A stretch of DNA of 63,781 bases, filler included, from Reticulomyxa filosa (GCA_000512085.1; 15 parts of 15 records of this genome joined end to end with filler, not necessarily neighbours in it); one strand, 5' to 3'. Shown: positions 39,472 through 53,179, numbered from the whole stretch's first letter. Notes: generated by a model not told the origin, from the letters alone. Numbers and translations are program-made.

Positions 39472-40660
39472 NNNNNNNNNNNNNNNNNNNNNNNNNNNNN
39501 NNNNNNNNNNNNNNNTTAATTAATTAANNNNNNNNNNNNNNNNNNNNNNNNNNNNNNNNNNNNNNNNNNNNGAAACAAGACCGAAAGAATGGGCTGAGCG
39601 AATATGGTGATCAAATGAAAATAAAGATAAAAAAAAAAAATGGAAATGAAAAGGAAAATAAAGAAGAAGCGAATATAACTTCAAGATCATTTTCCAAATT
39701 AAATTTTTATTCTGCTTCAGTTTCAAATTCTGGCAGACTTGGATATACGTATCTCGTTCAAAGAAAAAAAATTTGTCTGATACTTTGTGTACTTGACAAA
39801 GTGACCATTTTTTTTTCTCGTTGAAGGAAAAATAAGAGATAAGGCACAATTTAATTCCATAAGCCTTGACGTGCAAAAAAAAAAAAAAGGGGTCCTTTCT
39901 CTTTGCCGTGATAAACATGGATAAAAAAATAAAGCAACTACTCTCGATTCTGTGCACTCAAAAATCTATAAACAAAATTTAAAAAATATTATCTGAGAAT
40001 AAGAATTGTATATCATTACCAGACATAAGATCGATACAATTACTTGAGATCAAGAAAAAATCTGTTCGAAATAAGTGTTGCAGAATATAATTTTTTACAA
40101 AAACATTTGCAAACAAAAACATCACAAATTCCTTACAAAAAATTTTGCTCAGATTCTCTTTTCTTCCTTTTGCTGCAATGTGCATATGTCTTTTCCAAGA
40201 CATACTTTTGTTCTCTTTTTTTAGTTTATTGATTCGTTGGGTTCTGTTATGATTATCTTTTCTTTGTCTATGTACTGCCCGATCATAATGACATCAAGTA
40301 ATATTTGCTGATCCTTGGCTGTTTAATCAATGATTTTGACTTTCACACTGTTTATTCTCCTCTTTTCCTTTCTCTTTGATTGCAGGGGCTTGAACATGAT
40401 AGTTAATCAAATAAATTAATTCGAAATTTTAAAACTCCAACAATACAATCATTTGAATAAATTAACACCACAAAAAAAATGGTGTTTCATTAAAAAAAAA
40501 ATTCAATTTCAAGAAATAGGAGATAACAAAGGGGTCATTTGAGAGTGAAACACATGGGTATTAAAATAAACTCTGACTCATTCCTGATTTATTTCTGTAA
40601 CACTTTGAATAAGTTTGAGAGAATTAATTTTCAATTGAGGATTATTATGAACTTGTGTTG

Positions 40661-41035
40661 TTACATTTGATATTGTAATGTATTTCCACCTTTTACTTTG
40701 TTCGCACTTCCACTCATTGTATTTTCATTGTTATTCATTTCTTCATTAATGACAGTATTGTAATCAGTTTTATTGAAAACAAAACTTTTACATTCTTGAC
40801 TACGAAACCATTTATAAGCAACATTACCCAAACGAATTCGATATCCAACATTGTGACTTCTCATATAACAATTTTGTGCATCTGTTTGAATTGGGCGATA
40901 TGGCCAATCTTTCACTATTGATGCTACATTTCCCTCACAAGGAGATAATGATTTATTTTCGCTACAATACAGGTGTTTTATACTCTCATTGCTGCAACTA
41001 TCTTTCAATTTAGTTGCATTTTTAATATATTCCTT
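40661..41035 (-). CDS. Hypothetical protein fragment
   Basis: Open frame of >115 codons in AT-rich DNA running from the contig end. No family recognised. Confidence 0.4.
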   Translation of the reverse strand, partial: KEYIKNATKLKDSCSNESIKHLYCSENKSLSPCEGNVASIVKDWPYRPIQTDAQNCYMRSHNVGYRIRLGNVAYKWFRSQECKSFVFNKTDYNTVINEEMNNNENTMSGSANKVKGGNTLQYQM

Positions 41036-41135
41036 NNNNNNNNNNNNNNNNNNNNNNNNNNNNNNNNNNNNNNNNNNNNTTAATTAATTAANNNNNNNNN
41101 NNNNNNNNNNNNNNNNNNNNNNNNNNNNNNNNNNN

Positions 41136-42208
41136 GCTTTCAAACTGTCAAAAGCAGCCAAAGCAAAGCAAAAGGATTGTTTATCGTCAATTACACGAAC
41201 CAAGTGTCCCAATATTTTTGCAGTTGCTTTGGCAGAAGCAGACGGACAATGCCCTTCTTCCACAAGAATTACCCGATAAGAAGGGAGGACAGCTTTATTA
41301 GCAATTTTGTTATTTTGATCAAATAGGTCAAAAGATAAGTTGGGATCGGTAGCGACTTCAAAGTCATTCCAATATAACCATGGAATGTCTTCATCTACTA
41401 GTTTCAACGTATACCTTTTGTCGACTTTTTTTGTTATTGTGGTTTATTGATATCTTGTTTTTTATTTTTATTTTTTTAAAAAAAGAAGGATTACCTTTGG
41501 GTGTAGTAAGAAAACTGACACTTCGAATGCGACTATGTCCAGGTTTTGTATACGTTGAACAGCATAGATATATTCGGAGTCGCTTCGTTTCTTTGTCGTA
41601 ATCTTGTGGGACAACTCGAATAATATCATTTGAAGTTGTTTCTTGTATATCTTGGCACGAAACAGCTTTATTTTTTTCGCATTCGATTTGTAATTCAGTC
41701 GGATCGTTCTCTTCGTCTGCTTCACAATGATATCCAATAGATACATTCGATGATGCTTCTGTATGCTCTTGCCTTGTATCAACAATACATTAAATTATTG
41801 CCCAACACAACAAATACATTTTCTGACTGTTGCTAAAAAAAAAAAGCAATGATCATTTACGCAAGTAATAAACTTGGATGTGACATTTGACATAGAGGTA
41901 GAGCGCAATGGTTCAATGTTCATTAAGTCTTTGATGTTCAATGCTTCCTCGTCAATTTCTTTTCGCATTTTGTTTATTGTCAGCAATAGTTTTCTCTTTG
42001 GAACGCTGGCGATTTCTATCAAGCCAAGCATACTTTTCCAGTCCTTTGGTTCTACAAATGCTATATCGTTCTTTTCTATTAATTTTAGCGTACGACGTAA
42101 GTGAGAAGCAATCTTTGCTGCTTCTCCACTGTCTATTTTGATTTCTTTCTCCAAAAATGTATATAGCTCTTTTTCTGCTTCATCTTTCTCTTCTTTGTTT
42201 TCTGTCAT
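41136..42208 (-). CDS. Hypothetical protein with SAM-like N-terminus (multi-exon, 3' partial)
   Basis: ELYTFLEKEIKI..DIAFVEPKDWKSML..PKRKLLLTI helical pattern. A middle exon is open as IVDTRQEH..FLTTPK before a GT donor. Confidence 0.55.
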
Positions 42209-42616
42209 GATAACAAAAGAACAAGTCGTATTACATGAGAGATTATTTTAATAAAAAAAAGCACCCTGTAAAAAAAAGAAACGTTCCAACTTGTTGCGTC
42301 GACCGTCCAAAGAGATGAATTTGAAATACAAATCTAAACATACAACAAGTTGCCAGAGCACGAATTATCTTCAAACACGTTAATTTTTTTTTTTTTAGAT
42401 TTTTCAAAAAACATTTGTTCAGAGTTCCAATTATTATGATAGTCCAATTGATTGTGGGATTATACAAAGATATCATTTATAAAAACATTCAAAAAATAGT
42501 CAAGGTTGAGTTTTTTTGTTTTTGAAAAAGCAAAAAGGGAGGACTTCTTCAAACTGAAGACATTTTTTAAAAAATTGTATTTTGTTTATCTTTAAATTAC
42601 TTTAGGCTTTAAAAGT

Positions 42617-43844
42617 ATGGACGAAGAAGAGTACGAAGAGTACGAAGAGCATCAATCCGTAGTTATTGATAATGGAAGTGGAACAATAAAAGCTGGTTTT
42701 AGCGGAGACAATGCCCCACAAGTAGTTTTCCCAACTGTTATTGGAAGGCCAAAACATGAAGCTATAACATCTGGAAAGGGACAGAAAGATGCTTATGTTG
42801 GTGACTATGTGCATAACAAAGAAGAGCTTTTCCAATTAGAACATCCAATTGAATGTGGTTTGGTTACAAATTGGGATGATATGGAGAAAATTTGGCATCA
42901 TACATTTTACAAGTAAAACACACTCAAATAAATAAATAAATAATATATGCATATATGTTATTACCATATACATATTAAATTCTAACAGTGAGTTATGTAT
43001 CGCTCCTGAAGAACACTGCATATTATTGGCAGAGGCACCGCTAAATCCAAAAGCACATCGAGAAAAATTGACCCAAATTATGTTTGAGACATTCAATGCT
43101 GCAGCAATATATTTGAGAGTTCAAACAGTATTGTCATTTTATTCAACTGGAAGGATGACTGGTATTGCATTCGAATCTGGTGATGGTGTATCACACTCAG
43201 TTCCAATTTCTGAAGGATATGCATTACCACATGCTATTTTGAGATCAGATTTTGCAGGAAAAGCTTTGACTGACTATTTGCAAAAAATGTTGACAGAACG
43301 AGGTTATTCATTGACAACTAGTGCAGAAAGAGAAGCAGTTTGTAATATAAAAGAAAAATTTGCATATATTGCAAAAGATTATCAATCTGAACTAAAAAAA
43401 GTAGAGACAACATCAAGTGATATTGAACAAAAGTATGAATTACCAGATGGACAAATCATTACAATAGGATCTGAACGATTTCGATGTCCTGAAGCATTAT
43501 TCTCACCTAATTTAATTGGAAAAAAGAGTGATGGAATTCACACATTAGTTTATGAAAGCATTATGAAATGTGGTTTTGATCTTCGTCGCGATTTTTATCG
43601 CTCTATTGTTTTAACCGGTGGCTCTACTCTTTTCCCTAACTTTGATGCTCGTTTAACTAAAGAACTTACTTCTTTAGTACCCGTTACTACACAGATTAAA
43701 GTTATTACTCATCCTCAATGTAAATACAGTGCTTGGATTGGAGGAAGTATTTTAAGTAGTACAAGTAATTTCCAAGACTATTGGGTACCCAAAATTTTAT
43801 ACGACAATGAAGGTCCTGGTATTATACATAGGAAATGTTTCTAA
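42617..43844 (+). CDS. Divergent actin-family protein; exons 42617-42912 and 42989-43844
   Basis: [54 protein letters not shown] and IIHRKCF. Confidence 0.96.
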
Positions 43845-44066
43845 ACTTATCAACACTTTTTTTTTTTTTTTGTTGAAAATAATACAATGATTTTTCCCAA
43901 ACACATTCTGGAAGGAAGCAGTTTTATTTCTCATAAAAAGTAATTCTTCAAAAGTAGCAGCAAATGACAAAAAAAACAATCAATACAAATTCAAGAAGAT
44001 GACTACTTATTCTTTATCAAACAGCAATTATTTCAACATTATATTCAATTATTTTTACTGATTTTA

Positions 44067-45330
44067 TTATCTCCAAATGTATATTGATTGTTCAGAAGAA
44101 CATGCTACAATAGCACTCCCATCAGAAGCAATATCTATTCCTGTCAGCTTCTTAGAATATCTTGTCAGCTTTTGCACTTCTTTCCCTGATTTCGCGTCCC
44201 ACAAACGAATTGTGCCATCATATGAAGAGGATACAATCGTTTGACCATCGGGGAAATACTTTACATCACTCACAACACTTGAATGTCCTTCCAACTTTCT
44301 TAATTCTTTTCCTGTTTTTACGTTCCATATTCGAATTGTTGTATCATTTGAACAAGATACAATAAAGTGACCATTTGGAGAAAATCTTGCACACATTATA
44401 GAATCGTTGTGCCCTTTAAATTCTTTTAATCTTTTACCCGATGTTACGTCCCATAAATCAATTGTTTTGTCATATATGGATGTTGATATAATCATTTTAC
44501 CATCTGATGAAAATTGTACATTTGTTATACTAGTTGAAGTTGTTTTCCATCTTTTAATTTCTTTTCCAGAACTTACATCCCATAATCGTATTGTTTTGTC
44601 AGACGAACCTGATACAACAGTTTTACCATCTGGAGAGAAATGTACACTCCATACAGTATTTACATGTCCTTCTATTTTTTTAATTTGTTTTCCTGATTTC
44701 ACATCCCATAATCGGATTGTTCCATCTAGTGATGATGATACAATAATATTGTCATCTGGTGAAAATTCTGCAGTAGTGACCCAATTTAAATGTCCATTGA
44801 AAATTTGAATTTGATTTCTTGATGCAACGTCCCAGATTCGAATTGTTTTATCATATGATGCTGAAAGAATTTTACGATTATCTTTTGAGAATCTTACGGT
44901 CTTTATTATGTTGGTGTGACCTTTAAAGGATCCCAAAAATCGAAAATATTTAATCTATATTTTGAAGGTATCACTATTCCTTATTTCAATTTCAACAAAA
45001 AAAAAAACAGAAAAATTTTATTTAACGTATTTGGTAACAATCTTGTCAAGATCATAGATCCATCCTACTTTCACATTTAAAATTCGAATCCAGTTTTGAG
45101 TTATTGCTTGTATTTCTTTTGCTGTCTGTTTTATTATTATTTCAAGACACAGTTGTTTTTGTTACAGCGACCAAACAAAAATCTTACCAAAAGTGGTCCT
45201 CCTTCTGCATCAAAAATGATATTCTTATTTGTGTTAACAAAAAATTACAAGTCATTCAAATTTCTTCTGTCAAAATCAAATTTGAACTCTTCAAGGACAA
45301 ACTTTGAACTTTTTGAAACTCCCTTTGTTT
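44067..45330 (-). CDS. WD40-repeat protein (7 repeats; 5' exons approximate)
   Basis: Regular GH...FSPDG..IVS.S.D.TIRLWD repeats. The upstream exon reads NWIRILNVKVGWIYDLDKIVTKY. Confidence 0.93.
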
Positions 45331-45609
45331 TGTCGTGATTAAGAACACCAACAGTACAAACTGAAAAACTGCACACAAATCAATATTGTAAACGATCACT
45401 GTGAATGAATTTAAAGTATTGCTTTTGATGGATTTAAAAGAAAACAAAGTTTTTTTATGACGACTCTATGGAGATTATTTAATTATTTTACAGCTTATTA
45501 GAGAAAAAACTGTTTGTTAACGCGTATCAAAATAAACGTAAAAAAGGGGACAACAATTTATAAATTCAGTTCCCTTGCCATTGATCAAAAGTACTACATT
45601 ATAGTCAAT

Positions 45610-45825
45610 ATGGGAAATTGTATGACCATAGTCCCAACATCCGGGGTTTCACAAGCAAATGAAACCAAGGAACAGCGAATATCTTCGGTAATTGTGAGTT
45701 GTAATAAACAAAAAGAAAAAAAGGCATAAGATACGCAAACATAACTTCGTTAAATGTATGATGGAAAACAAAAGAGTGCATACGAAGTAAATCTTATAAT
45801 AAACAACTGGATTCGACAATTGCCA
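45610..45825 (+). CDS. 5' end of a related gene with N-terminal MGNC lipidation motif (partial)
   Basis: MGNCMT.., a GT donor at ~45688, then EVNLIINNWIRQL resembling the neighbour's N-terminal motif. Confidence 0.5.
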
Positions 45826-46022
45826 NNNNNNNNNNNNNNNNNNNNNNNNNNNNNNNNNNNNNNNNNNNNTTAATTAATTAANNNNNNNNNNNNNNNNNNN
45901 NNNNNNNNNNNNNNNNNNNNNNNNNGATATGATACTGTCCTGCAACTTATTTGGAGCTATACACTATCAACCGATTTCAAATGGAGTAAAATTTTTCTGA
46001 ACAGAAAACTTCTGGTTTTCCT

Positions 46023-48576
46023 TTGCAAAAAATGATAATTATATTTCAATTGCTTTATGTTGCATTTTGCATTATTTGTTACAAATGTTTTCAAATGAGT
46101 AATTGTGATGATGAAAAAAGGACAAATCATTTGCTATTTTTTGGAAGATAATGCTGTAAAATCATCAAAACATTTTGCATTACAACAAAAATTTCATTAT
46201 ATCATATAAATAAATGTTTTTGAGAACAAGAAAGTGCAATAAACAAAATTTCCATATTTTTATTTCATTAGTTGAAGCACCACATGAGGACATGAATTTA
46301 TTGAATGAAAAATGTTTTGTTTGTAAAATCATTGCAGCATATCTTTAAATTTCATTAAGAGTATTATCTATTTTATCAAATTTCAAGCGTATTAATAGTC
46401 AACAAAACAAAATCTGTTAGTTTTTGCTTCAATAAGCATAGGATATTGTGATTTACCATTATTTCTTTGGCACAATAATATAGATTTTTATTTTTTTCTA
46501 GATAACTTCCTACTTATTTCTGCATTTGATGCATTAAAGCGTAATGTGTTTGCAAGTGTATACAGACACGTTGTCAAAGAAATACTATCAACAATATCGG
46601 CAATATATAGTAAAACTGAATGTATTAAAATATTTGTCACTGAAAGATGAATCGAATAAAGAGTGCCAAATCTCTTTGTGAGACGTCTTCAAAAAAATTA
46701 ACTCACTTTGTTTGTTACGAGAAGGACAAGATTTTTTTAGTCTGTTTACATAAACTTAACAGTTTTTTTTCAAAACAGTATCAACAAAGTTAGAAGTTGG
46801 TCTGCTGCTCATTTTCTAAAACTAGTGAAGACATCGTAGAAAAAAAAATGGAACTCCCTTTTTAAACGTCTTTTCGGTTATATTATTTTGACCTTACATT
46901 TTTTCTACAAAATGTTATTTTTTTATATTGATTGCTTTCTCTTTCTTCAAACAAATGAAAATTATCTCAGATGAAAGGAATTCAAAGGGGGATTAGTCCC
47001 ATTTTTTATCTGTAATGTCTTTAATTTATCAAAAAGTTTAAAAAAGTATAAGTTCAATTGTCACATTTAATTTAATGCTTTTGTCTTCCCTTAGTGGAAA
47101 TTCTTGACTGGAGTTACTTTTTCTTTTGACGTAACTGCAAAACAAATAATTATAGATAAGTCTTAATTGTAATTGTACTAATGCAGAAAATGAAAGAGAT
47201 AAATCAACAAAAATTTATGAATAAGAAAGTCCAAAGATTGACAATTTTTTTTGTCATAGTTTCGTAAAAAAATTAATTTGGTAATATTGAAAAAGTCTAA
47301 TCTCAATAATATTTGCAATCAACCAGCAAACTAGTAGATCAGTATGTAAAGTCGGTGTCATTGTTGGCATCAAAAATATTATTTTATATTCAAATCTCAG
47401 TATTGAAAAAAGCTGTCCTTCCGATTATCTTCAAATAAATTATATTACTACGTCATTTATGTAACAGACATTAAGATTTGTTGAAATTCCAATACTCGAT
47501 CTGAAAAGATATTTATTTAATCATTATATTTTGAATTTTCTTTTAATGATGTTTGAATCATTTTATTTGTCATCTAGATTATTCAATACATTTATTGGAC
47601 ATAGTAATCTTATATACAAAGAAAAATTATTATAAAGATTGACTTTAGGGGATACTGTATTTACTGAGTCGTCACATATTATTTTCTTTGATGTCAATAA
47701 GGTTAATTCATCGATTAGATAAGAGTTAATGTATTGATATGATAATATTATTATGTGTTCAAGTAAAATATTTCGTTTCCATTTGTTAGTATACCACGCA
47801 AACAGGAATTTAAAAACAATTTTTTCATAAACTGTTGATGCTATCTTGAAAAAATCTGTAAAAAACCTTGTACTTCTCGTAACAAACAAAGTGTGCTACT
47901 TTACCGTTAATTTTTTTGAGGACGTCTCACAAAGAGATTTGACACTCTTTATTCGACTCGTCTTTCAGTGACAAAGATTTTAATACATTTAGTTTTACTA
48001 TATATTACACGATATTGCTGAGAGTATTTCTTTGCGACGTGTTTGTATACACTTCCAAACATGTTACACTTTAATACATCAAATGCAGAAATAAGTAGGA
48101 AATTATCTAGAAAAAACAAAAATCTATATTATTGTGCGAAAGAAACAATGTATCACAATATCATATGCTTAATGAAGCAAAAACTAATAGATTTGTTTTA
48201 ACTATTCATACGTTTGAAATTCGATAAATAGACAACATTCTTAATGAGATTCAAAGATATGTTGCACAAAAGATTTTCTATTCAATAAGTTCATATCATT
48301 ATGTGGTGTAAAGTTTTGGTGCTTCAACTAATGAAACAAAAAAATACGTAAACATAAAGATCATTTTGTTTACTGCACTTTCTTGTTCTCAAAACATTTA
48401 TTTTTGTTGTAATACAGAATGTTTTGATGATTGTTTAGCAGTATCTTCCAAAAAATAACAAATGATATATCGCATTTTGCATTATTTGTTATAAATATTT
48501 CAAAGAAGTAATTGTAATGACATTAGCTGGAAAAAAGGACAAAAAGTAATTGAAATATAATTATCATTTTTTGCAA
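46023..48576. repeat. Long imperfect inverted repeat (arms ~46023-46785 and ~47833-48576, ~1.05-kb spacer)
   Basis: Collinear reverse-complement matches along the arms, e.g. aaatctctttgtgagacgtc / gacgtctcacaaagagattt and ttgcaaaaaatgataattatatttcaatt / aattgaaatataattatcattttttgcaa. Confidence 0.93.
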
Positions 48577-48871
48577 TGCAAAAAAAAAAAATCCCCCAAA
48601 ATGAATGACGCAAAAATTTACAGTCAATTTATTTAAAAAAAACTTTTCAAACTTTTGCTTAAATGAAATATATATATCGTGGTGAGTCCAAAAATATATT
48701 TTGTTTTTAATAAAAGTGAATACAATTAGAAAAAATACACTTTTTTTTTTAAGAAAAAATAAAATAAAAAGNNNNNNNNNNNNNNNNNNNNNNNNNNNNN
48801 NNNNNNNNNNNNNNNTTAATTAATTAANNNNNNNNNNNNNNNNNNNNNNNNNNNNNNNNNNNNNNNNNNNN

Positions 48872-50489
48872 AATATCCCATAAACGAATACTTTTATCTT
48901 CTGATCCAGATAATATTATATTCTTTAATTCATTTGATCCATATTTCACATTTAATATACGATTTTTATGTCCTTTAAATAAATTTAATTGTTTAGTTGT
49001 TTCAATATCCCAGACACGAATTGTATTATCAAATGATCCAGAACAGATTGTATATCCATTTCCACCAATTATACCAATACTATTATCAATTTTATTATTA
49101 TCATTATAATTATTATTATTTTGTAATGGTGAAATATCTATACATCGAACATCTCTTTCATGTCCATTAAATGTATGTAATAATTTAGATGTTTCAATAT
49201 CCCATAAACGAATTGTTTTATCTACTGATCCAGAACATAAATATTTACCACCATTAAATTTTGAAAATTCAATTCCATAAACAGCATCATTATGTCCATT
49301 TAATATTTGAAATTGTTGATTCTTTTTAAAATCCCAAAAACGAATAGTTGTATTATGTAATGCAGAACAAATAACATAACGATTATAATTATTATAATAA
49401 TATGATGAAAATTTTACGCAATATTGAACATTTGAACATGCATTATATGATTGAATTTGTTTATTATTATTAATATCCCATACACAAATTTTTTGATCAT
49501 TTGATCCAGAGCAAATTAATTCACAATCATCAAATATTGAATAATCAATACTCCATATAACATTTCTTATGTCCAGTAAATGTTTTGAGTAATTCTGATG
49601 ATGAACAAAATAAATCAAAAGCAGAAGTTGATGATGGTGATAAAGTAGAATATTTATATTCTTCTTTTTCTTTATATGGATCATTTAATTTTTTATTCAA
49701 TTGTTCATAATTTTGAGTTATTTTCATATTCTTTTCTTCCAATAATTTGATTATTTTTTCATGATCATATACCATTTTTTTCTCTTTATCATTAAAATCT
49801 TTTTTAGCTATTTCAATATCTGCACGATTTTTAAGTAATTCTCTTTCCATTTGTTTAATTTGATTATTTTTTTCAATAATCTGTTTATCTTTTAATTCAA
49901 TCTCTTTTTTCATACATTCAAATAATTCACTAACTAAATCAAAATGTAATTTCATATCTGTAATTAAATGATCTTTCAAATTTTTATTAAAACAGATATG
50001 ATTACAGCCAAATGGTTTAAACCAACAATTAATTGAATTTAAAGGGCATTCATTATTTAAATGTTCAGTTAAATCTTTTACTTTTCCAAAATTACATTTA
50101 ATTATCTCAGATATTTTTCTTTCTCCTTCAATTTCTTGTGATATCTTTAAATCTTGTTCAAATTGTCTTATACATATCACTGTTAAATTATCAACACATT
50201 TTTGTATAACATCGTTTCTTGAATACTGACAATTATCATGTGATTGAATTGGACAACAATTATTATTGTTTTCAAGAAATGACTTTAAACAATTCTCTCC
50301 AATAATCAATGATTTGTCCATATCTTTATGCTGTGAACATTCAATGTTTACAGGATTATTTGCAATTTGTTTGTAAATCAAACAAATCAAATGCTCAATG
50401 TCTTCTTGCGACTGTGGCCGTAAAAGCCAAGCTTTGTTAAAGCAAGAACGCCCAAGGGAAAACGATGCTAATTCATTTGTTGGCTTCAT
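48872..50489 (-). CDS. Degenerate RING/TRAF zinc finger + coiled coil + WD40 protein (frameshift near 49565; 3' partial)
   Basis: ICLIYKQIANNP..GENCL..CP and EHLNNECP..CWFKPFGCNH, a coiled coil, and WD repeats (CSGS.D.TIR.WD). Confidence 0.88.
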
Positions 50490-50655
50490 GTCTTTTGATC
50501 TTTGTTTGCTTTCTTGTAATAATCAATTCAAAACTTCAAAAAAAAAATTGTTTTTGGGGTTGAATTTCTATCCCAAAAAAAAAATTTTGTATGAAAATTC
50601 AGTTACCATCTCATCTGATTAAATACTTTTTGATTTATCAAAAATAATTATTTTA

Positions 50656-51607
50656 CTATCTGATTTTTTTAGGATTTGTTTGAATTCTTAATTCTGATAA
50701 TTTATTGGAAATATTTTTCACATGAATATCAATCAATTGTTCATTGAATGCTTCATAAACTTGTGCTTTTGATATTTTAGTTCCAATAGAATGTAGTTTT
50801 GTTAATGACGGCAATACAGTTAATATCATTCGAAGTAGAAATGGATCCAATCTAAACTCTCATTCATTTTATTTTTTTGTTCATTTTCACAAATTTATCA
50901 ATATATCCATTAATTTGTTCTTTTGAAAAAGGCCATAAATATATCATTGGTGCTGTTGTTATATTTTTTGAATCAATTAAAACATGTTTAATATCTTCAT
51001 CATTTAATACATGACTTCGACATGTCAATATTATTTTTGCATTCCATTCATTTAAATTGAAACGATCATAAAAATATCTTTCACTATTATTATTATTTTT
51101 ATCATATTTGTCAAATATTTCATCAAATCCATCTAAAATAAATACAAACGACATATTTTCACGAACAACGTTAATTATCTCTTTATTGATTTGTTTCATT
51201 TGTAAAGCTTGAAAAATGATTTTTTTTTCATGTAGTATATTGTAATATTTTGGTAATGAAATATAAATAGGAATATATGTTGTAGAACCATTTTCATATA
51301 ATTCCCATAATGATTCTTCTAAATGACGACAAAATAGACTTTTGCCTGATCCTGATTTTCCTTGTAGTATTATCGCCTGCTGTTGTCTTTGTTGTTCAAT
51401 TTTTTTTTCTTCTTTTTCTTCTGCTAACAAATTAATTATATGTTGATGACAATCATATGAATTACTATTTGTATTATCATCGTTGTCAGTATATGGAAAA
51501 TTGTTTGCCTGCAATGGAATGTACATTTCAAGGGCTGGTAACATAGTTATATCTTCTTCTACTTCTTGTATCCTTGATTCTTTTAATAATGATTAACATC
51601 AGCAAAA
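50656..51607 (-). pseudogene. NACHT (STAND) NTPase, disrupted or truncated
   Basis: Walker A ILQGKSGSGKS, Walker B FILDGFDEI, IILTCRS, PFSKEQI and PFLLRMIL. Stops at 50864 and 50656. Confidence 0.8.
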
Positions 51608-51707
51608 NNNNNNNNNNNNNNNNNNNNNNNNNNNNNNNNNNNNNNNNNNNNTTAATTAATTAANNNNNNNNNNNNNNNNNNNNNNNNNNNNNNNNNNNNN
51701 NNNNNNN

Positions 51708-52663
51708 TTTTAAATACGTCGAATTGTCAAAGAATAACCTTGTCATTCAGTGGTATTCCAAAAGCAAACCATTGAAGGAAACGTGTGTGTATATCCAGAA
51801 CATCACGGGCATATTGAAGGGGCAAAAGACGGAGCCCTTTCTCAAAAAACCTCGGAAAAACTTGGAAAGTGGCTCTTTCAGCATTGTGTATGTCGTTCAC
51901 GCCAACAAAGGTGGCTCGACAATGTCACTGGATCTGGTCGCTCAGTCTCGTCTCCAGTGCGATCTCTGGGTCCGAAGTTTGGAAAAACTGCAGCAGCTCT
52001 GTCAACATGGCCCCGAAAATAGCGAGAGTGATCAGCGCTGTGAGGACAAACCAAAGGCAGCTGCGAATTCTGGACAACTGAACTTGACCAAGGTCAAGTT
52101 CTTAAACGTTGGCATCTCAAAATCCGAATGGTTTGCTTCGCAACAAAATTCAGAAGGCAGTATGGATCAAACCTTTGATTCCAATTTCAAAACGAGTAAT
52201 GAAATGCTCCAAATCTCTGATTTGGAGCTTTTACAAAATGACTTCAATGCGGCCATGAAATCCTTTACTGCTTTGGAAGAATCTCTGCGACAGAGTGAAT
52301 CCTTGTTTGATGTTAATTTTTTTTCCCTCTCTCTTTTTTTTTTTTTTTTGCACTGTGATAATTGCAAATGTGTGCCACGAACACATAACAGTAATAATAA
52401 TATTTATTAATATTTATTATTATTATTATATCCTTTTCGGCTTATTTCGCTATGTGTGCACACAGAAACAAGATTTCATTTTCGACGTCTTAAACGAACT
52501 TAAACAAAAATTGCAAAAGTTAGATGTGGAGGTACACACAACCAGAAATATGAAAACCTGTAAGAAACATATTTGGAGCATTAATACTGAAGTGATTGCA
52601 CTTCAAGAAAAGGCTTCTGTGCTTATCAAACATTTGGGAGGAAACAGACTTTCTCTTTTTTAG
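51708..52663 (+). CDS. PH-domain protein (PLC/PRAF-like PH) with C-terminal coiled coil (5' partial)
   Basis: IQWYS..ITGILKGQKTEPF..SFSIVY..SLDLVA..CDLWVRSL, with one intron at ~52312-52465. Confidence 0.8.
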
Positions 52664-53179
52664 AAAAAGGCGGTCACTATTTTCTTTTTTTTTTTTTTTT
52701 TTGTTCTCTCCTCCCTTACGAACACCAAATGTACATAATCAATTGTGCGATGAACAACATGATCTCATGAAAGGAGTTCGAAGGAGGTCAATATGTTGGT
52801 GGAAAAGTAGCATTGCGTGTTGTTGTGATTGTGCGCATTTCACCATTGAAAAAAAAAGGCAAATTCAGCAAATCGTTGATTTTTTTCTTTTGTCGTATGT
52901 TCGGACGAGAAAAAAAAAAGTACATTGCAAGTTAATCTTAGACCAACAAAGTTTCCAACATTTGGATCATCAAAACGCTACAGAGATCCTCTAATAAAAG
53001 TTGGCACAAACCAGAAAAATTAATATCATTTTTATGGAATATACATCCAGAAAAGAACTTCTTTTATGACCGAGAAAAAAGAAATAAAAAATCAATTGTT
53101 ACAAAGTTCTTTTTTTTTTTACATCAAGAAAGTCAATCCTCATAAACAAAAGCACTTATCTTTTTGTCTTGTCGTTTCT

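Noticed and set aside
41230-41300. VILVEEGH as a helicase Walker B motif
   Set aside because: It lacks the Asp, and no Walker A is visible in the available exons.
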